From Lytechinus pictus (lineage: Eukaryota): 64,000 bases of DNA. The notes beneath the pieces were generated by a model that saw only the letters and a list, made by a program, of their open reading frames with translations, was not told the DNA's origin and searched no databases. The stretch is from NCBI RefSeq assembly GCF_037042905.1, contig NC_087248.1, positions 20,770,001 to 20,834,000 of the forward strand. Direction: 5' to 3'. How positions within the stretch are numbered: position 1 is the first letter of the stretch; each line of letters opens with the position of its first letter. Both the position numbers and the translations under genes were made by a program. Below are positions 1-14,175 of the stretch, piece by piece.

Positions 1-302
<302 letters not shown>

Positions 303-446
303 AATCTTTTGTCTATCAATTGAGATTATTTGCTTCAATATTTTGTTTAATTTGAATAAATCCCCCATTGCAAATATTTTATGAAAATGATATAATCAAT
401 ATTTTACCATAGAGCTATTACTGATTTTACAAAGTACCCACTTGTA

Positions 447-684
447 CACTGCAAAAACTCCAGTGTTGATTTAACACCAGCCCGGAATCCATATCTAAAC
501 CAGAGAAGTATTGAAACAACACCAGTTTGGAATCAAACCGATGCTGTTTTAATGCTAATTGGTGCTGTATAAACACCTATCTGGTGTTAGACCAAAACGA
601 AACTGGTGTTGTTTAACACTTCTCTGGTGTGGACATATATAAATTCCGGGCTGGTGTTAAATCAACACCAGAGTTTTTGCAGTG
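447..684. mobile_element. MITE with about 45-bp TIRs (CACTGCAAAAACTC...), TA flanks; CACT-terminus (CMC/EnSpm-like) non-autonomous element
   Basis: CACTGCAAAAACTCCAGTGTTGATTTAACACCAGCCCGGAAT at the left end, its reverse complement ending at 684; TA at 445-446 and 685-686. Confidence 0.85.
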
Positions 685-1432
685 TAAAGAACCCATTTAA
701 TAATATTTCTTCGAAATATTTCATCGTATTCAGTATTTCAAAATAACATATAAATTCATTGTTGCCATTTGAAATATAATTCTTGATTATAGTCATTATC
801 CATGTTATCCTTTATCTCAGAAAAATTTTCTTCACTGCAATTTCTCCCCCTTGAACAGTAATATACCCAGGACACGACAAAAAATATTAAAATCCAAAAT
901 CACACCGGCACTATTTTCAGTTAGTCACCATGAATTAAAATGAGTATGTATCAATAAAACAAAGTCATCTAAGGATATTCTTATATATCGATGTAATAAG
1001 AAAGAAATGTAACAGACACCTTGCGAAAGAAAAGAAAAAAAGTGAGGCCATTAAACAAAAATACAATTATTAGTAATTGTAAACCAGGGTACACTTCAAC
1101 CAACATTCCAAGGTATTACGCAATGATTGCAAAGACAGCACACTCTTCTTGCCTGCCAATTATTATAAGTTATATTATTGTTGAGTTATTTTTAAATTAT
1201 GATATCATTTATTTTACCTTTTCTACTCTTCGAATGTAGCTGTAGAGATGCGAAAAAGGCCAATAAAGATAAAGCATTATCAAAACTATCTTGTTATCCT
1301 ATGTTTGAACAAATTGAAATTTAACGCTGTGAATTTGATATTTATAGCCAAGTCCACTGTGTGATCACACACTGTGGATACTCAAACTGTAAGGGCGTCC
1401 ACAGTGTGAATTTATCTTCGCATCGTTAATTA

Positions 1433-1791
1433 GGTAAATTGCCAATTCGTCTATTGCAAACTCGTCCATTACTTCAATAAATATTTCGTCTAACAACCAT
1501 TTGGTCCAATCATTACTTCGTCTAATCACTAGTACGTTTATGACCATTTCTAGTAACCAGTTGGTCTAATATCCATTTTATTTTTATTCATTTCGCCCAT
1601 TTCACACTCAGTCCAATTAGACGAAATGGTATATGGACTAAATGGATATTGGACCAACTGGTTCTTAGACGAAATGACGAGTGGACCAAATGGCAATTAG
1701 ACATGCAGAGAGTGGAACTGACGATAGGCAAAATGATAGTAGACGAGTTGGTAATTTGACAAATTGGCACTGGACCAATTGAAAATAAACC
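1433..1791. mobile_element. MITE with GG...CC termini and 8-bp TSD (Merlin- or MULE-like), copy 1
   Basis: TSD GTTAATTA at 1425-1432 and 1792-1799. Internal short repeats (CCAATTCGTC / TAGACGAA). An inverted homologue lies at 56731-57084. Confidence 0.8.
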
Positions 1792-1847
1792 GTTAATTAT
1801 ACATTTTAACGAGTGTATAACCACATCTTCACATAGTCCACTATGTT

Positions 1848-4800
1848 GACACACTGTCTGACACTGTGAACACTTTGTCTGACACTGTGAACACACTTTC
1901 TGACACTTTGAACACACTGTCCGACACTGTGAACATACTGTCTGACACTGTTAACACACTGTCTGGCACTGTGAACACACTTTCTGACACTTTGAACACA
2001 CTGTCCGACACTGTGAACACACTTTCTGACACTGAACAAACTGGCTGACAATGTAAACACACTGGCTGACACTGTAAACACACCGGCACTGTGAACACAC
2101 TTTCTGACACATTAACACATTGTCCGACATATTGAACACACTGTCCGACATTGTGAACATAATGGCTGACACTGTGAACACACTGTCCGACACTGTGAAC
2201 ATAATGGCTGACAATGGGAACACACTGTCTGACAATGTGAACACACTGTCCGAAACTGTGAACACACTTCCCAACACTGTGAACACGCTGTCCGACACTG
2301 TGAACATACTGTCTGACACTGTAAACACCCTGTCTGGCACTGTGAACACACTTTCTGATACTTTGAACACACTGTCCGACACTGTGAACATACTGTCTGA
2401 CACTGTAAACACACTGTCTGGCACTATGAACACACTTTCTGACACTTTGAACACACTGTCTGACACTGTGAACACACTTTCTGACACTGTGAACATACTG
2501 TCTGACACTGTAAACACCCTGTCTGGCACTGTGAACACACTGTCTGGCACTGTGAACACACTTTCTGACACTTTAAACACCCTGTCTGGCACTGTGAACA
2601 CACTTTCTGATACTTTGCACACACTGTCCGACACTGTGAACATACTGTCTGACACTGTAAACTCACTGTCTGGCACTGCGAACACACTTTCTGACTTATT
2701 GAACACACTGTCCGACACATTGAACACACTGCCCGACACTGTGAACACGCTGTCCGACACTGTGAACATACTGTCTGACACTGTAAACACCCTGTCTGGC
2801 ACTGTGAACACACTTTCTGATACTTTGAACACACTGTCCGACACTGTGAACATACTGTCTGACACTGTAAACACACTGTCTGGCACTATGAACACACTTT
2901 CTGACACTTTGAACACACTGTCTGACACTGTGAACACACTTTCTGACACTGTGAACATACTGTCTGACACTGTAAACACCCTGTCTGGCACTGTGAACAC
3001 ACTGTCTGGCACTGTGAACACACTTTCTGACACTTTAAACACCCTGTCTGGCACTGTGAACACACTTTCTGATACTTTGCACACACTGTCCGACACTGTG
3101 AACATACTGTCTGACACTGTAAACTCACTGTCTGGCACTGCGAACACACTTTCTGACTTATTGAACACACTGTCCGACACATTGAACACACTGCCCGACA
3201 CTGTGAACACACTTTCCAACACTGTGAACACACTGTCCGACACTGTAAACATAATGGCTGACACTGTGAACACACTGTCCGACACTGTGAACATAATGGC
3301 TGACAATGGGAACACACTGTGCGACACTGTGAACATACTGTCTGACACTGTAAACACCCTGTCTGGCACTGTGAATACACTTTCTGATACTTTTAACACA
3401 CTGTCCGACACTGTGAACATACTGTCTGACACTGTAAACACACTGTGTGGCACTTTGAACACACTGTCCGACACTGTGAACAGACTTTCTGACACTGAAC
3501 AAACTGGCTGACAATGTAAACACACTGGCTGACACTGTAAACACACTGTCTGACTCTGGGAACATACTGTCTGACACTGTAAACACACTGTCTGACACTG
3601 TAAACACACTGTCTGGCACTGTAAACACACTGTCTGACACTGTAAACACACTGTGTGGCACTTTGAACACACTGTCCGACACTGTGAACATACTGTCCGA
3701 CACTGTGAACACACTTTCTGACACTGAACAAACTGGCTGACAATGTAAACACACTGGCTGACACTGTAAACACACTGTCTGACTCTGGGAACATACTGTC
3801 TGACACTGTAAACACACTGTCTGGCACTGTAAACACACTGTCTGACACTGTAAACACACTGTGTGGCACTTTGAACACACTGTCCGACACTGTGAATACA
3901 CTTTCTGATACTTTTAACACACTGTCCGACACTGTGAACATACTGTCTGACACTGTTAACACACTGTCTGGCACTGTGAACACACTTTCTGACACTTTGA
4001 ATACACTGTCCGACACTGTGAACACACTTTCTGACACTGAACAAACTGGCTGACAATGTAAACACACTGTCTGACTCTGGGAACATACTGTCTGACACTG
4101 TAAACACACTGTCTGACACTGTAAACACACTGTCTGGCACTGTAAACACACTGTCTGACACTGTAAACACACTGTGTGGCACTTTGAACACACTGTCCGA
4201 CACTGTGAACATACTGTCTGACACTGTAAACACACTGTCTGGCATTGTGAACACACTTTCTGACACTTTGAACACACTGTCCGACACTGTGAACACACTT
4301 TCTGACACTGAACAAACTGGCTGACAATGTAAACACACTGGCTGACACTGTAAACACACCGGCACTGTGAACACACTGTCTGACTCTGGGAACACACTGG
4401 CTGACACTGTAAACACATCGGCACTGTGAACACACTTTCTGACACATTAACACATTGTCCGACATATTAAACACACTGTCCGACATTGTGAACATAATGG
4501 CTGACACTGTGAACACACTGTCCGACACTGTGAACATAATGGCTGACAATGGGAACACACTGTCTGACAATGTGAACACACTGTCCGAAACTGTGAACAC
4601 ACTTCCCAACACTGTGAACACGCTGTCCGACACTGTGAACATACTGTCTGACACTGTAAACACCCTGTCTGGCACTGTGAACACACTTTCTGATACTTTG
4701 AACACACTGTCCGACACTGTGAACATACTGTCTGACACTGTAAACACACTGTCTGGCACTATGAACACACTTTCTGACACTTTGAACACACTGTCTGACA

Positions 4801-6962
4801 CTGTGAACACACTTTCTGACACTGTGAACATACTGTCTGACACTGTAAACACCCTGTCTGGCACTGTGAACACACTGTCTGGCACTGTGAACACACTTTA
4901 TGACACTTTAAACACACTGTCCGACACTGTGAACACACTTTCTGATACTGTGAACATAATGTCTGACACTGTAAACACCCTGTCTGGCACTGTGAATACA
5001 CTTTCTGATACTTTTAACACACTGTCCGACACTGTGGACATACTGTCTGACACTGTTAACACACTGTCTGGCACTGTGAACACACTTTCTGACACTTTGA
5101 ATACACTGTCCGACACTGTGAACACACTCTCTGACACTGAACAAACTTGCTGACAATGTAAACACACTGTCTGACTCTGGGTACATACTGTCTGACACTG
5201 TAAACACACTGTCTGACACTGTAAACACACTGTCTGGCACTGTAAACACACTGTCTGACACTGTAAACACACTGTGTGGCACTTTGAACACACTGTCCGA
5301 CACTGTGAACATACTGTCTGACACTGTAAACACACTGTCTGGCACTGTGAACACACTTTCTGACACTTTGAACACACTGTCCGACACTGTGAACACACTT
5401 TCTGACACTGAACAAACTGGCTGACAATGTAAACACACTGGCTGACACTGTAAACACACTGTCTGACTCTGGGAACATACTGTCTAACACTGTAAACACA
5501 CTGTCTGACACTGTAAACACACTGTCTGGCACTGTAAACACACTGTCTGACACTGTAAACACACTGTGTGGCACTTTGAACACACTGTCCGACACTGTGA
5601 ACATACTGTCCGACACTGTGAACACACTTTCTGACACTGAACAAACTGGCTGACAATGTAAACACACTGGCTGACACTGTAAACACACTGTCTGACTCTG
5701 GGAACATACTGTCTGATACTGTAAACACACTGTCTGGCACTGTAAACACACTGTCTGACACTGTAAACACACTGTGTGGCACTTTGAACACACTGTCCGA
5801 CACTGTGAATACACTTTCTGATACTTTTAACACACTGTCCGACACTGTGAACATACTGTCTGACACTGTTAACACACTGTCTGGCACTGTGAACACACTT
5901 TCTGACACTTTGAATACACTGTCCGACACTGTGAACACACTTTCTGACACTGAACAAACTGGCTGACAATGTAAACACACTGTCTGACTCTGGGAACATA
6001 CTGTCTGACACTGTAAACACACTGTCTGACACTGTAAACACACTGTCTGGCACTGTAAACACACTGTCTGACACTGTAAACACACTGTGTGGCACTTTGA
6101 ACACACTGTCCGACACTGTGAACATACTGTCTGACACTGTAAACACACTGTCTGGCATTGTGAACACACTTTCTGACACTTTGAACACACTGTCCGACAC
6201 TGTGAACACACTTTCTGACACTGAACAAACTGGCTGACAATGTAAACACACTGGCTGACACTGTAAACACACCGGCACTGTGAACACACTGCATGACTCT
6301 GGGAACACACTGGCTGACACTGTAAACACATCGGCACTGTGAACACACTTTATGACACATTGAACACATTGTCTGACACTGTGAACACACTGTCTGACAA
6401 TGTGAACACACTTTCCAACACTGTGAACACACTGTCCGACACTGTGAACATAATGGCTGATAATGGGAACACACTGTCTGACAATGTGAACACACTGTCC
6501 GACACTGTGAACACTTTCCAACACTGTCAACACACTGTCCGACACTGTGAACAAACTGGCTGACACTGTAAACACACTGTCTGACACTGTAAACAAACTG
6601 TCTGACACTGTGAACACACTGGTCGACACTGTGAACGCAATGGCTGACAATGTGAACACACTGGCTGACACTGTGAACACACTGTCTGATACTGTGAACA
6701 CATTGTCTGACACGTGTGAATACTCTGTCTGACACACACTGGCTGACAATATGAACACACTGTCTGACACTGTGAACACACTTTCCAACACTGTGAACAC
6801 ACTGTCCGACACTTTGAACACACTGTCTGACACTGTGAACACACTTTCTGACTCTGTGAACACACTGGCCGACACTGTGAACACACTGTCCGACTCTGTG
6901 TACATACTATATGATTATGTACACACTGTTTGACAATGTGAACACACTGTCTGACACTGTGA
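1848..6962. repeat. 21-bp minisatellite (consensus ACACTGTGAACACACTGTCTG), about 5.1 kb, with higher-order repeats
   Basis: Continuous 21-bp periodicity; ORF track gives (TVNTLSD)n on + and (VFTVSDS)n, (CSQCQTV)n, (CVHSVRQ)n on -. Block duplications at offsets 462, 1913 and 2335 bp. Confidence 0.97.
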
Positions 6963-7543
6963 AACACAGCATAGAGTCGATCGAGTACCCATTTGGATTT
7001 TGACAATGAAATAATTATATGTGAATGCATAGATAGAATTTGAGAACAAGACTGGGAATTATTATCTTATTCTTATTTTTTCCTAACTTGTGCATGAGGG
7101 GTAGCAATGTTTAATGAGAATGCCTAGTTCACTACAAAAAGTTGTTCAACAATTTTTTTTTAATCGTTCAACATAGTGCATTTTATTTTATTCCCAAATT
7201 TTCGCTTATTTCTTCCTTCACATTCTTTCTTTTCTGACAGTTTCTTCCTTTATTCTTTTTTCACACATCAATATTCTGGGCCGGGAATCATGAGTATGAG
7301 CAATTGATTGTACGGCTGATGTCTATGATTAATTTGATTATTGTGTAGGTGTATGACCAGACGTAAAAATCAGCCCAACGACCAATCGCTAAATTTTGTG
7401 TTAAGGGGCCCTGGCGACCCTGGTCTGATGTACGTTAAAACCACATCTCTTTGCATGTTCTGATATACAAGCATTAAGAGAGAGAGCTAGAGATGAGAGG
7501 GGGAGAGAGAGAGAGAGAGCGAGCGAGGGGGGGGGGGGGGGAG

Positions 7544-10500
7544 AGCTAGGGTCAGACCGCAGCTCGCGCGATAATGAGCATATTCACGGAAATTTATTCA
7601 GCGGCCCTCTAGCGGTCTCCGAAGGAAAACGTGCGATCAATTTGGCTTGATACAGGTTACACGGGCCTAATCACTAGAGGCAGGTCATAGATATTCATTC
7701 GACCCAACCCATTGCTATTTTTTTATTTTGATATGGCTGATTAACAAAGTGTATGCATATGATTGTCCATCTAACACTGATTCTATTTTTGGTAATTATT
7801 GAACTTCCTTTTCCCAAATTGGGAAGAAATATCACCAATTTTGGACTATATTTTGACTGGCGGAAGGATTAGGGCTATTTTGCTGTTTGAGGTGATGAAT
7901 CTGCTCCCCCCGACGGTGTCTTCAAACACGCCAATTTATTTTTAAAATGAGCCGGTCGAGGGACCCTTTTCTGGTCAGATATGGATTGCCAGATATATAT
8001 CCTATCCACTGGTAGTAAACATTCGACCCCCGAATTTCACCCTTATTTTTTATGAATTTTTTAAAGTGCCAATTTAACACACGAGTCTATGGGGAATGAT
8101 TTAGGCCTGTGATACCTGGATTTTCCCACTGAATTGGAGGGGCTGACGTTATAGCTCTGTACTGGTCGCTAACTTCAGTTTACGTCAAAAAGAATTGTGG
8201 TAAGTTATTCTCAAGACCTTCATCTCCATTTTGGTATATAATTTTTCATATTTCGACATTTTCAACCTACCATTTTTACTTCTTTAATTGATGCTTATTT
8301 TAGTAATATTTTAACTGCGATTTTGTAGTCGGAATTTCACTTTTGGTTCCTGACTTTGCTACATAACCAAATTGTTTCGATCGGGGTTTTTTAGAAAGAA
8401 GAAAAGTCACTGTTCAAAATATGTCAGAACCAACTTGACGCAAACTCACCTTATATTTTTATTTTAGAGAAAATGATACCCTAAAAATCAAGAAATTTAC
8501 GTTTTACCCGGAAGTAACCTTCTCGTTCACTCCACGATGGAGCGAAATAATGCCAAAATTACGTTCGTCGCGGGTTGGTAGAATTTCGCCTTTGGTCCCA
8601 TACGTTGAAACTTCTGTGATGATGGCAGATGGCTCGCATTATATATGTGACTGAGTGTGGACGGTGGACTTGTTTTTTTAATTAAGACTTAATATAAACG
8701 AAGCTTAATAAGTAGATCCCTTCTGAAATTTTATTCAATGATTATCAGGTTTCCAAATTCCATCAAGTTTTTATAGATTGAGATATTTCTTGATTTATGT
8801 TGAAAATTTTTAATTTCTTAATTAGTCGAAGTTGAGCCCCATGATGATTTTTGCCCCAGGCTGCGATTAAGAATTAAATGATGATTAGCTCAGACAGTCT
8901 ACTCTAGAGACTATAAACAGTTTAAAGTCAAACTAAAAAGTCTGGTACTACCGTACTCAGTAGTATTTATAATTATAAACCATTTTGTTCAAATAAAAAA
9001 TTGTGGCTGTCACAGACAGTACTTAGTTAGTCTCTTAATTGACTTACATGTAACATAATTCATACTTTGAATGATTATTTAGTAATTTAGACTATTTCTC
9101 TCTTTTTTGTCTCTTCTACACACAGATCTGCATACTTGCTGACTCTGGTCTCTGCTTGCTACTTCATTCTGGGAGATTCCATCATGTACTATAATGGTCA
9201 GACCATGATTTGGACAAAGCCCTTTTTTCGTTTGCAAATTTTGGACTGATAATGATACAACAGAAAATTGATCTTTATCGATATTGGAAACAAAAAAATT
9301 AGAGCACAGTTTTGGGGAGGACTAAGAATACTGACTTGGACAGGAATACAGCTTGACAAAAATAAAAATTCACAATTCAAAACCAAAGAACATTTTTAAT
9401 GTTACTAATAGTGCATTGCAAGAAACTTTCTACTCAATCACACATTCCAAAATTAAGGGTAAGTCCTTTGATTAAACACAAACATGTAGTTGATTTGCAA
9501 TTGAACATAAGTTTCTTGCAATGCCCCATAATTATATTTTGTTCTCAAGCAACTCTTGTTATATGTTATCTAATGTGCTGAAGGTTAAGTGCCATGTATG
9601 TTCACAATTTTTTTTTTCGAAAGGTATAATATATTTGTCCTTTTAAACGGTATTTGAATGTGGTTACGCCTTGTTTTTGTTTTTTTACAGTAATTATTGC
9701 ATATATGAACAGAAGTGAAATATTTGTTGTGAAGCACTGTATGAATGTTGTGTGATCATGGAGCTATGGTGTGATGGTATTATAATTAATTCATCATTTT
9801 TGTTATAAGACTGTAAACCTGGTGGATGTGAGGGAGTGGCCTGAATGAAAGGAAATTTCTTGTGTATTTTTTTGTTTGATACATGTACATGACATTTTAA
9901 TTTTCATTAACAAATTTTGAGAGGGATTTACTTCCTCCATTAACATTCGTAGTTTTCATAAATGTAACCTATTGTGATTCGAGGAAGATTTTTTAGATCA
10001 AACTTGCTAAAATTTATATAATAAAAATGCAACAAAAATTTAAAAAGTAATGTGATGTGAGTGACATAATCAACTCTATTTGCATACCATTGTTTTGTGT
10101 ATATAACTGTTTTGTGTAAAAAAAGGGAAATTTCTGTATTTATTCAAATAATTTTTTGTTGATGTGCACTTGACCTTTAACTCACTTTCCTTCCCACCCA
10201 ATCAAGAACTTGAAAATCAAAAGCAGTGATTAAGAAGAAGTAAGAATTAATAGCTCCATGATTTAATAAATACAGGCCTAAATAGAACTTCACATGAAAG
10301 TAAAAAGAGAATAAAGCTGGGTAGGAACGATGAAGGAATATGATTTAAAGAAAAAGCATAAACATATCCCCATCACCCCCCCCCCCCAAAAAAAAAAAAA
10401 AAAAAAAAAAAAACAGTCCGGCGGGTTCGAACCAGGGCGCTTTAACACGTCATTACATTGCACTTACTTTTTTTGTATTAAGCTTACGCAATTCGCCATC

Positions 10501-11130
10501 GATCTATTCCATATTACATTCGGGTTTTTAAGCTTTATTTAATGTTGAGCGCGTCGGCAATTCTACTGCAATTCCAATCATTTTGCGATGGACATTGCCG
10601 TGGTTTTTTGTGGTTCCTGACTTTGCTACATCATGAAATTTCATAACTCTTTTTCAGTCGTAAAGAAGAATGTCTACGCTTTATATTGATTATAATATCA
10701 ATTTGACGCAAGTGTGATTTCGATGCAAAAATGCGCTCTGTTTATTCACATATATTTCTTGAAAAAAATCATCTTTTCTAAGCTAAATATCGGTCTTTAA
10801 AATACATTAAATGTGCATTTTATTTAGCTGATCAGAAATTTCAAAGTTTTATCTATAAAATAAGACCAATTTTGTGAGGAATAAACGATTCTAAGAGCAA
10901 AAAACACCGATCGCAAAGTTCGTCTTCACAGCTCATTACGTATGCATAACCGCGGACGGCTATGCATTCCGCTGAATAAAATAGAACACTTTCGGACGGG
11001 CTGCGGAGCATCGTGTATTCATACAATAATACTCTATACAACAAATCGCATGATTGATTTTTGCATTAACACCCGTAATCAAATCGATTGTCATTACGTA
11101 ACAATAAAATCCGAGCTGAGTCACTCAAGA
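7544..11130. repeat. probable unclassified interspersed-repeat or composite transposon remnants
   Basis: Terminal-type hairpin GAGCTAGGGTCAGACCGCAGCTC near 7544. Direct repeat TGGTTCCTGACTTTGCTACAT near 8344 and 10611. Inverted match TTTATTCAGCGG (~7592) / CCGCTGAATAAA (~10969). Boundaries uncertain; no coding remnant recognised. Confidence 0.35.
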
Positions 11131-11460
11131 AATAATCGAACGAGTAATTTGCGAATCGGCGAAGTCAGTTGAAATCCACATACTATACAAACGATGGTCA
11201 TGTGGGTCTACTCTATGGAGGGGAGAATGAAAATGGCGACGATGACTGCGATCATAATAATTGATGATGGTGGCGATGATGTTGATGACGATGTTAAAGA
11301 GGAAAATGATTACGATGATGATGATGATGGTAATGACGGGGATCAGGTGATGACGAAAAATACAAATTATTGGACAAGAGTACCCTGCAGGTGTAAATTT
11401 AAAGAGGAAAAAGATTAAAAGCAGAACAAAGCAGGAAGATTAAAAAACACAAGAATTTAA

Positions 11461-12040
11461 AGGGATGGTCCAGGCTGGAGATATTTATATCTCAATAAAT
11501 AGAGTCAAATTCACAAAGCAAAATGCTGAAAATTTGATCAAAATTTATAACAAATAATAAAGTTATTGAATTTTAAAAATCTGCATTATTCCGATGAAAC
11601 AGTTCTAGGCATGTCTTTAAATATATGAATATTCATTAGGTGGGCTGATGATGTCATATCCCCACTTGTTCTTTTGTAGTTTATTATATGAAATTAGCTT
11701 TCTTCAAAAATGTTCTACCAAAAACTAAAACAATATGGGATTGACAGTTGATTGAGTGCATTAGTTATTTATTGCCACAATGGAGACAGTTTACAAATGT
11801 ATGAATTAAAAAAAATTGATTTCATGTATATAAGAAAAAGGAAAGTGGGGATGTGACATCATCAGCCCACCTAATGAATATTCATGACGATGTGCATATA
11901 ACTGTTTTCACAAAATATTTATAAAATTTAAAATTCAATAACTTATTTGTTATCCGATTTTGATGAAATTTTCAGCATTTTGCTCTGTAAATTTTACTCT
12001 ATTTATTTAGATATAAATATTTTCAGCTCGGGCCATCCCA
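11461..12040. mobile_element. TTAA-flanked palindromic MITE (Kolobok-like, AGGGATGGTCC termini), copy 1
   Basis: TTAA at 11457-11460 and 12041-12044. Long imperfect TIRs including GAATATTCATTAGGTGGGCTGATGATGTCA. Homologues at 26291-26864 and about 26885-28662. Confidence 0.85.
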
Positions 12041-13167
12041 TTAATGTATTCAATTCAATTTCTATTAAAAAGTTCAATGTCGATCGCTGCATGACCAATG
12101 AAATTATCGCACCGCACCATTTCAATGTGTACACGATGCCATTTCGACCTGATAATTCACAATTCGTATATCCATGCCAAGAACAAACCGTCTTTTATTC
12201 GACAACAGCAAGAAATTCCTAAGCTCTCCTGCAAACAGATGGAGAAAGTTTGTGGTATAAGGTTAGTCTGGTACACTGGGTATTTCGGACTGTTTGTTGC
12301 AGCTAGTGCCCAAGGAACGAATTCAGGATTTGATAAATTATGGTCATTTGTAGGGGCACCGGCCGGGGAGGGGGGGGGGGGCTCAGAAAAGGCAAGGCTT
12401 ACAATAAATAACAAATGACAAAGATGAAAATAAAATGGGTGTTTCATCTATTCCTTTCTCCGTACTAATTTGCAACCCTATTCTTTTGTCTATGAAAAGT
12501 TGAATATAAATCATTTACCTGTCTAATGGAAGAATTAAGGGGGGGGGGGTAATTGGCGAACAAAAACATCCTGCTCTTTGTAGGCCTACTTGACCTTTTA
12601 AGGAAAAGCCCCGGATTCTATAATGATAAAACTAACTGTACACAATTAAATACCCCTTTTCATACCCCAAATTATTACATGTAACATTCGCCTGACTATG
12701 ATTATATATTGGCATTAATATAATCAAGGAGATGTCTCCTTTATATAATCAATTACATGTTCACACAATCAGACATGACAACCACTTTTCAAATGTGTGA
12801 TAATCCCCGTTACAATACACCTGAATTGGGTTTATAATACTTCAAAATCTCTCATTTTACGCGTATTATGTAATTTTTGAAATGAGTAGGTTTTACACCA
12901 TTTTTATTTTTGATTTCAGAAACTTGCCCCCCCCCCCAATTTAAGTTGGTTCTTTAAGCAGATCAAAGAGACACGATACTTGGGCTATATTCTGATTTCA
13001 CTATCCAATACACGATTTATAAAATCCAAATCACTGAGTCGTCATTAATGATATATCTATCGGGTGCTGTACTTGTTTATCAATTTTGTGAAGACAAATA
13101 AAAAAATATTTTGTACTTTTCTTAAATTCTTTTTCTTTTCAAGGGAGAAAAAAAAGTCATATGAATT

Positions 13168-14044
13168 TTTAGGAAATTGGCAAAGCCGATCTCCTAATAT
13201 TTATATAAAAGTTAGATCCTACCTTAATTCTTGCTCGCCAGATGATAGAATGGGATCCAGCCGCTCAGAATCTCAGATAAATTGCACAAATCCGTGAATA
13301 GAAATATATACACTTCACAATTTCAAATAGAGTAGAAAAGGGGACAGATGTCACAAAATGTCTCGCGAAGTAATGAGCTCATTAAATATGCAGAGAATAT
13401 AGACTTCGAAGGAGTGGAAGTGACGGTAAGAAATAAGATTGGAAAATGCAGAGAAATAATTAAGTATAAGTTGATCCTCCACAAGATTTGATTCAATCCT
13501 CACTAGCAGCTGGATGAGATGGTCAGCATGAGTGGACAGGACGAAGGCAGAGAGTAGAGTCATGATGTGGTAGAGAAGACAAGTTGTTTTTACCAACATC
13601 AGAAAAGATGAGACAAAGAAATAAGCGCCAAAAAGAGGGGCAAAACAAAGTTGAAAAGAACAAAGAAGAGAGAAGCAGACTGTGAGAAAAGCAAATATGC
13701 CAGCATCTCTGTAGTGATGTTGTATATACCTGCAAGTTCATTGCAATAAACAAGGAACAATGAAAGGATGTTTGCTCCAAGTCTAGGAACAAAAGAAAGG
13801 TTGTTTCTCAATATAAGAATGTGTTTGCCAAGTAGATCTGGGCAGGAAATGAATTGCCTTGTTCTGTGAATGTAGAGTATTGTGGTACATACACATGGCG
13901 TGAACAAGTGAGAATATATGAAATTGGAAATAAAAGAAAGAATTTATATACATATACAGAATGTAGAAATATAAATGAAAATATATACAAGGAAAGAATA
14001 TATAGATGTAGATATATATAAAGAGATATAGTCAAGTCACTACA
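13168..14044 (-). repeat. 3' LTR (877 bp; TGTAG...CCTAAA)
   Basis: Direct repeat of 17793-18669 at offset 4625; ORF-track translations of the two copies are identical in three frames. Confidence 0.95.
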
Positions 14045-14048
14045 GTAG

Positions 14049-14057
14049 CTCCCCCCT
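14049..14057 (-). other. polypurine tract (AGGGGGGAG) of the retrotransposon
   Basis: Purine run 4 nt upstream of the 3' LTR on the - strand. Confidence 0.8.
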
Positions 14058-14175
14058 AGATTTGTACCGAATAGAAATGTAGTATCAAATCGACAAAGGA
14101 AAGTAAAAGGGAACTTGGCTATATAAAACAAGAGAATAAAAGGAGTGGAAACACTAGTGAATTTTGAGACATGTT

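Noticed and set aside
1832-1845. CATAGTCCACTATG palindrome as another excision footprint
   Set aside because: No flanking direct repeat.
1848-6962. CRISPR-like array
   Set aside because: Contiguous tandem units with no unique spacers, no cas genes, and a eukaryotic context.
1848-6962. RSS heptamer CACTGTG in most repeat units (possible RAG/Transib link)
   Set aside because: No nonamer at 12 or 23 bp spacing and no transposase; it is one 7-mer amplified with the unit.
13351-13907. ORFs of 82-102 aa duplicated at 17976-18532
   Set aside because: They lie within the LTRs; the duplication reflects LTR identity, not genes.
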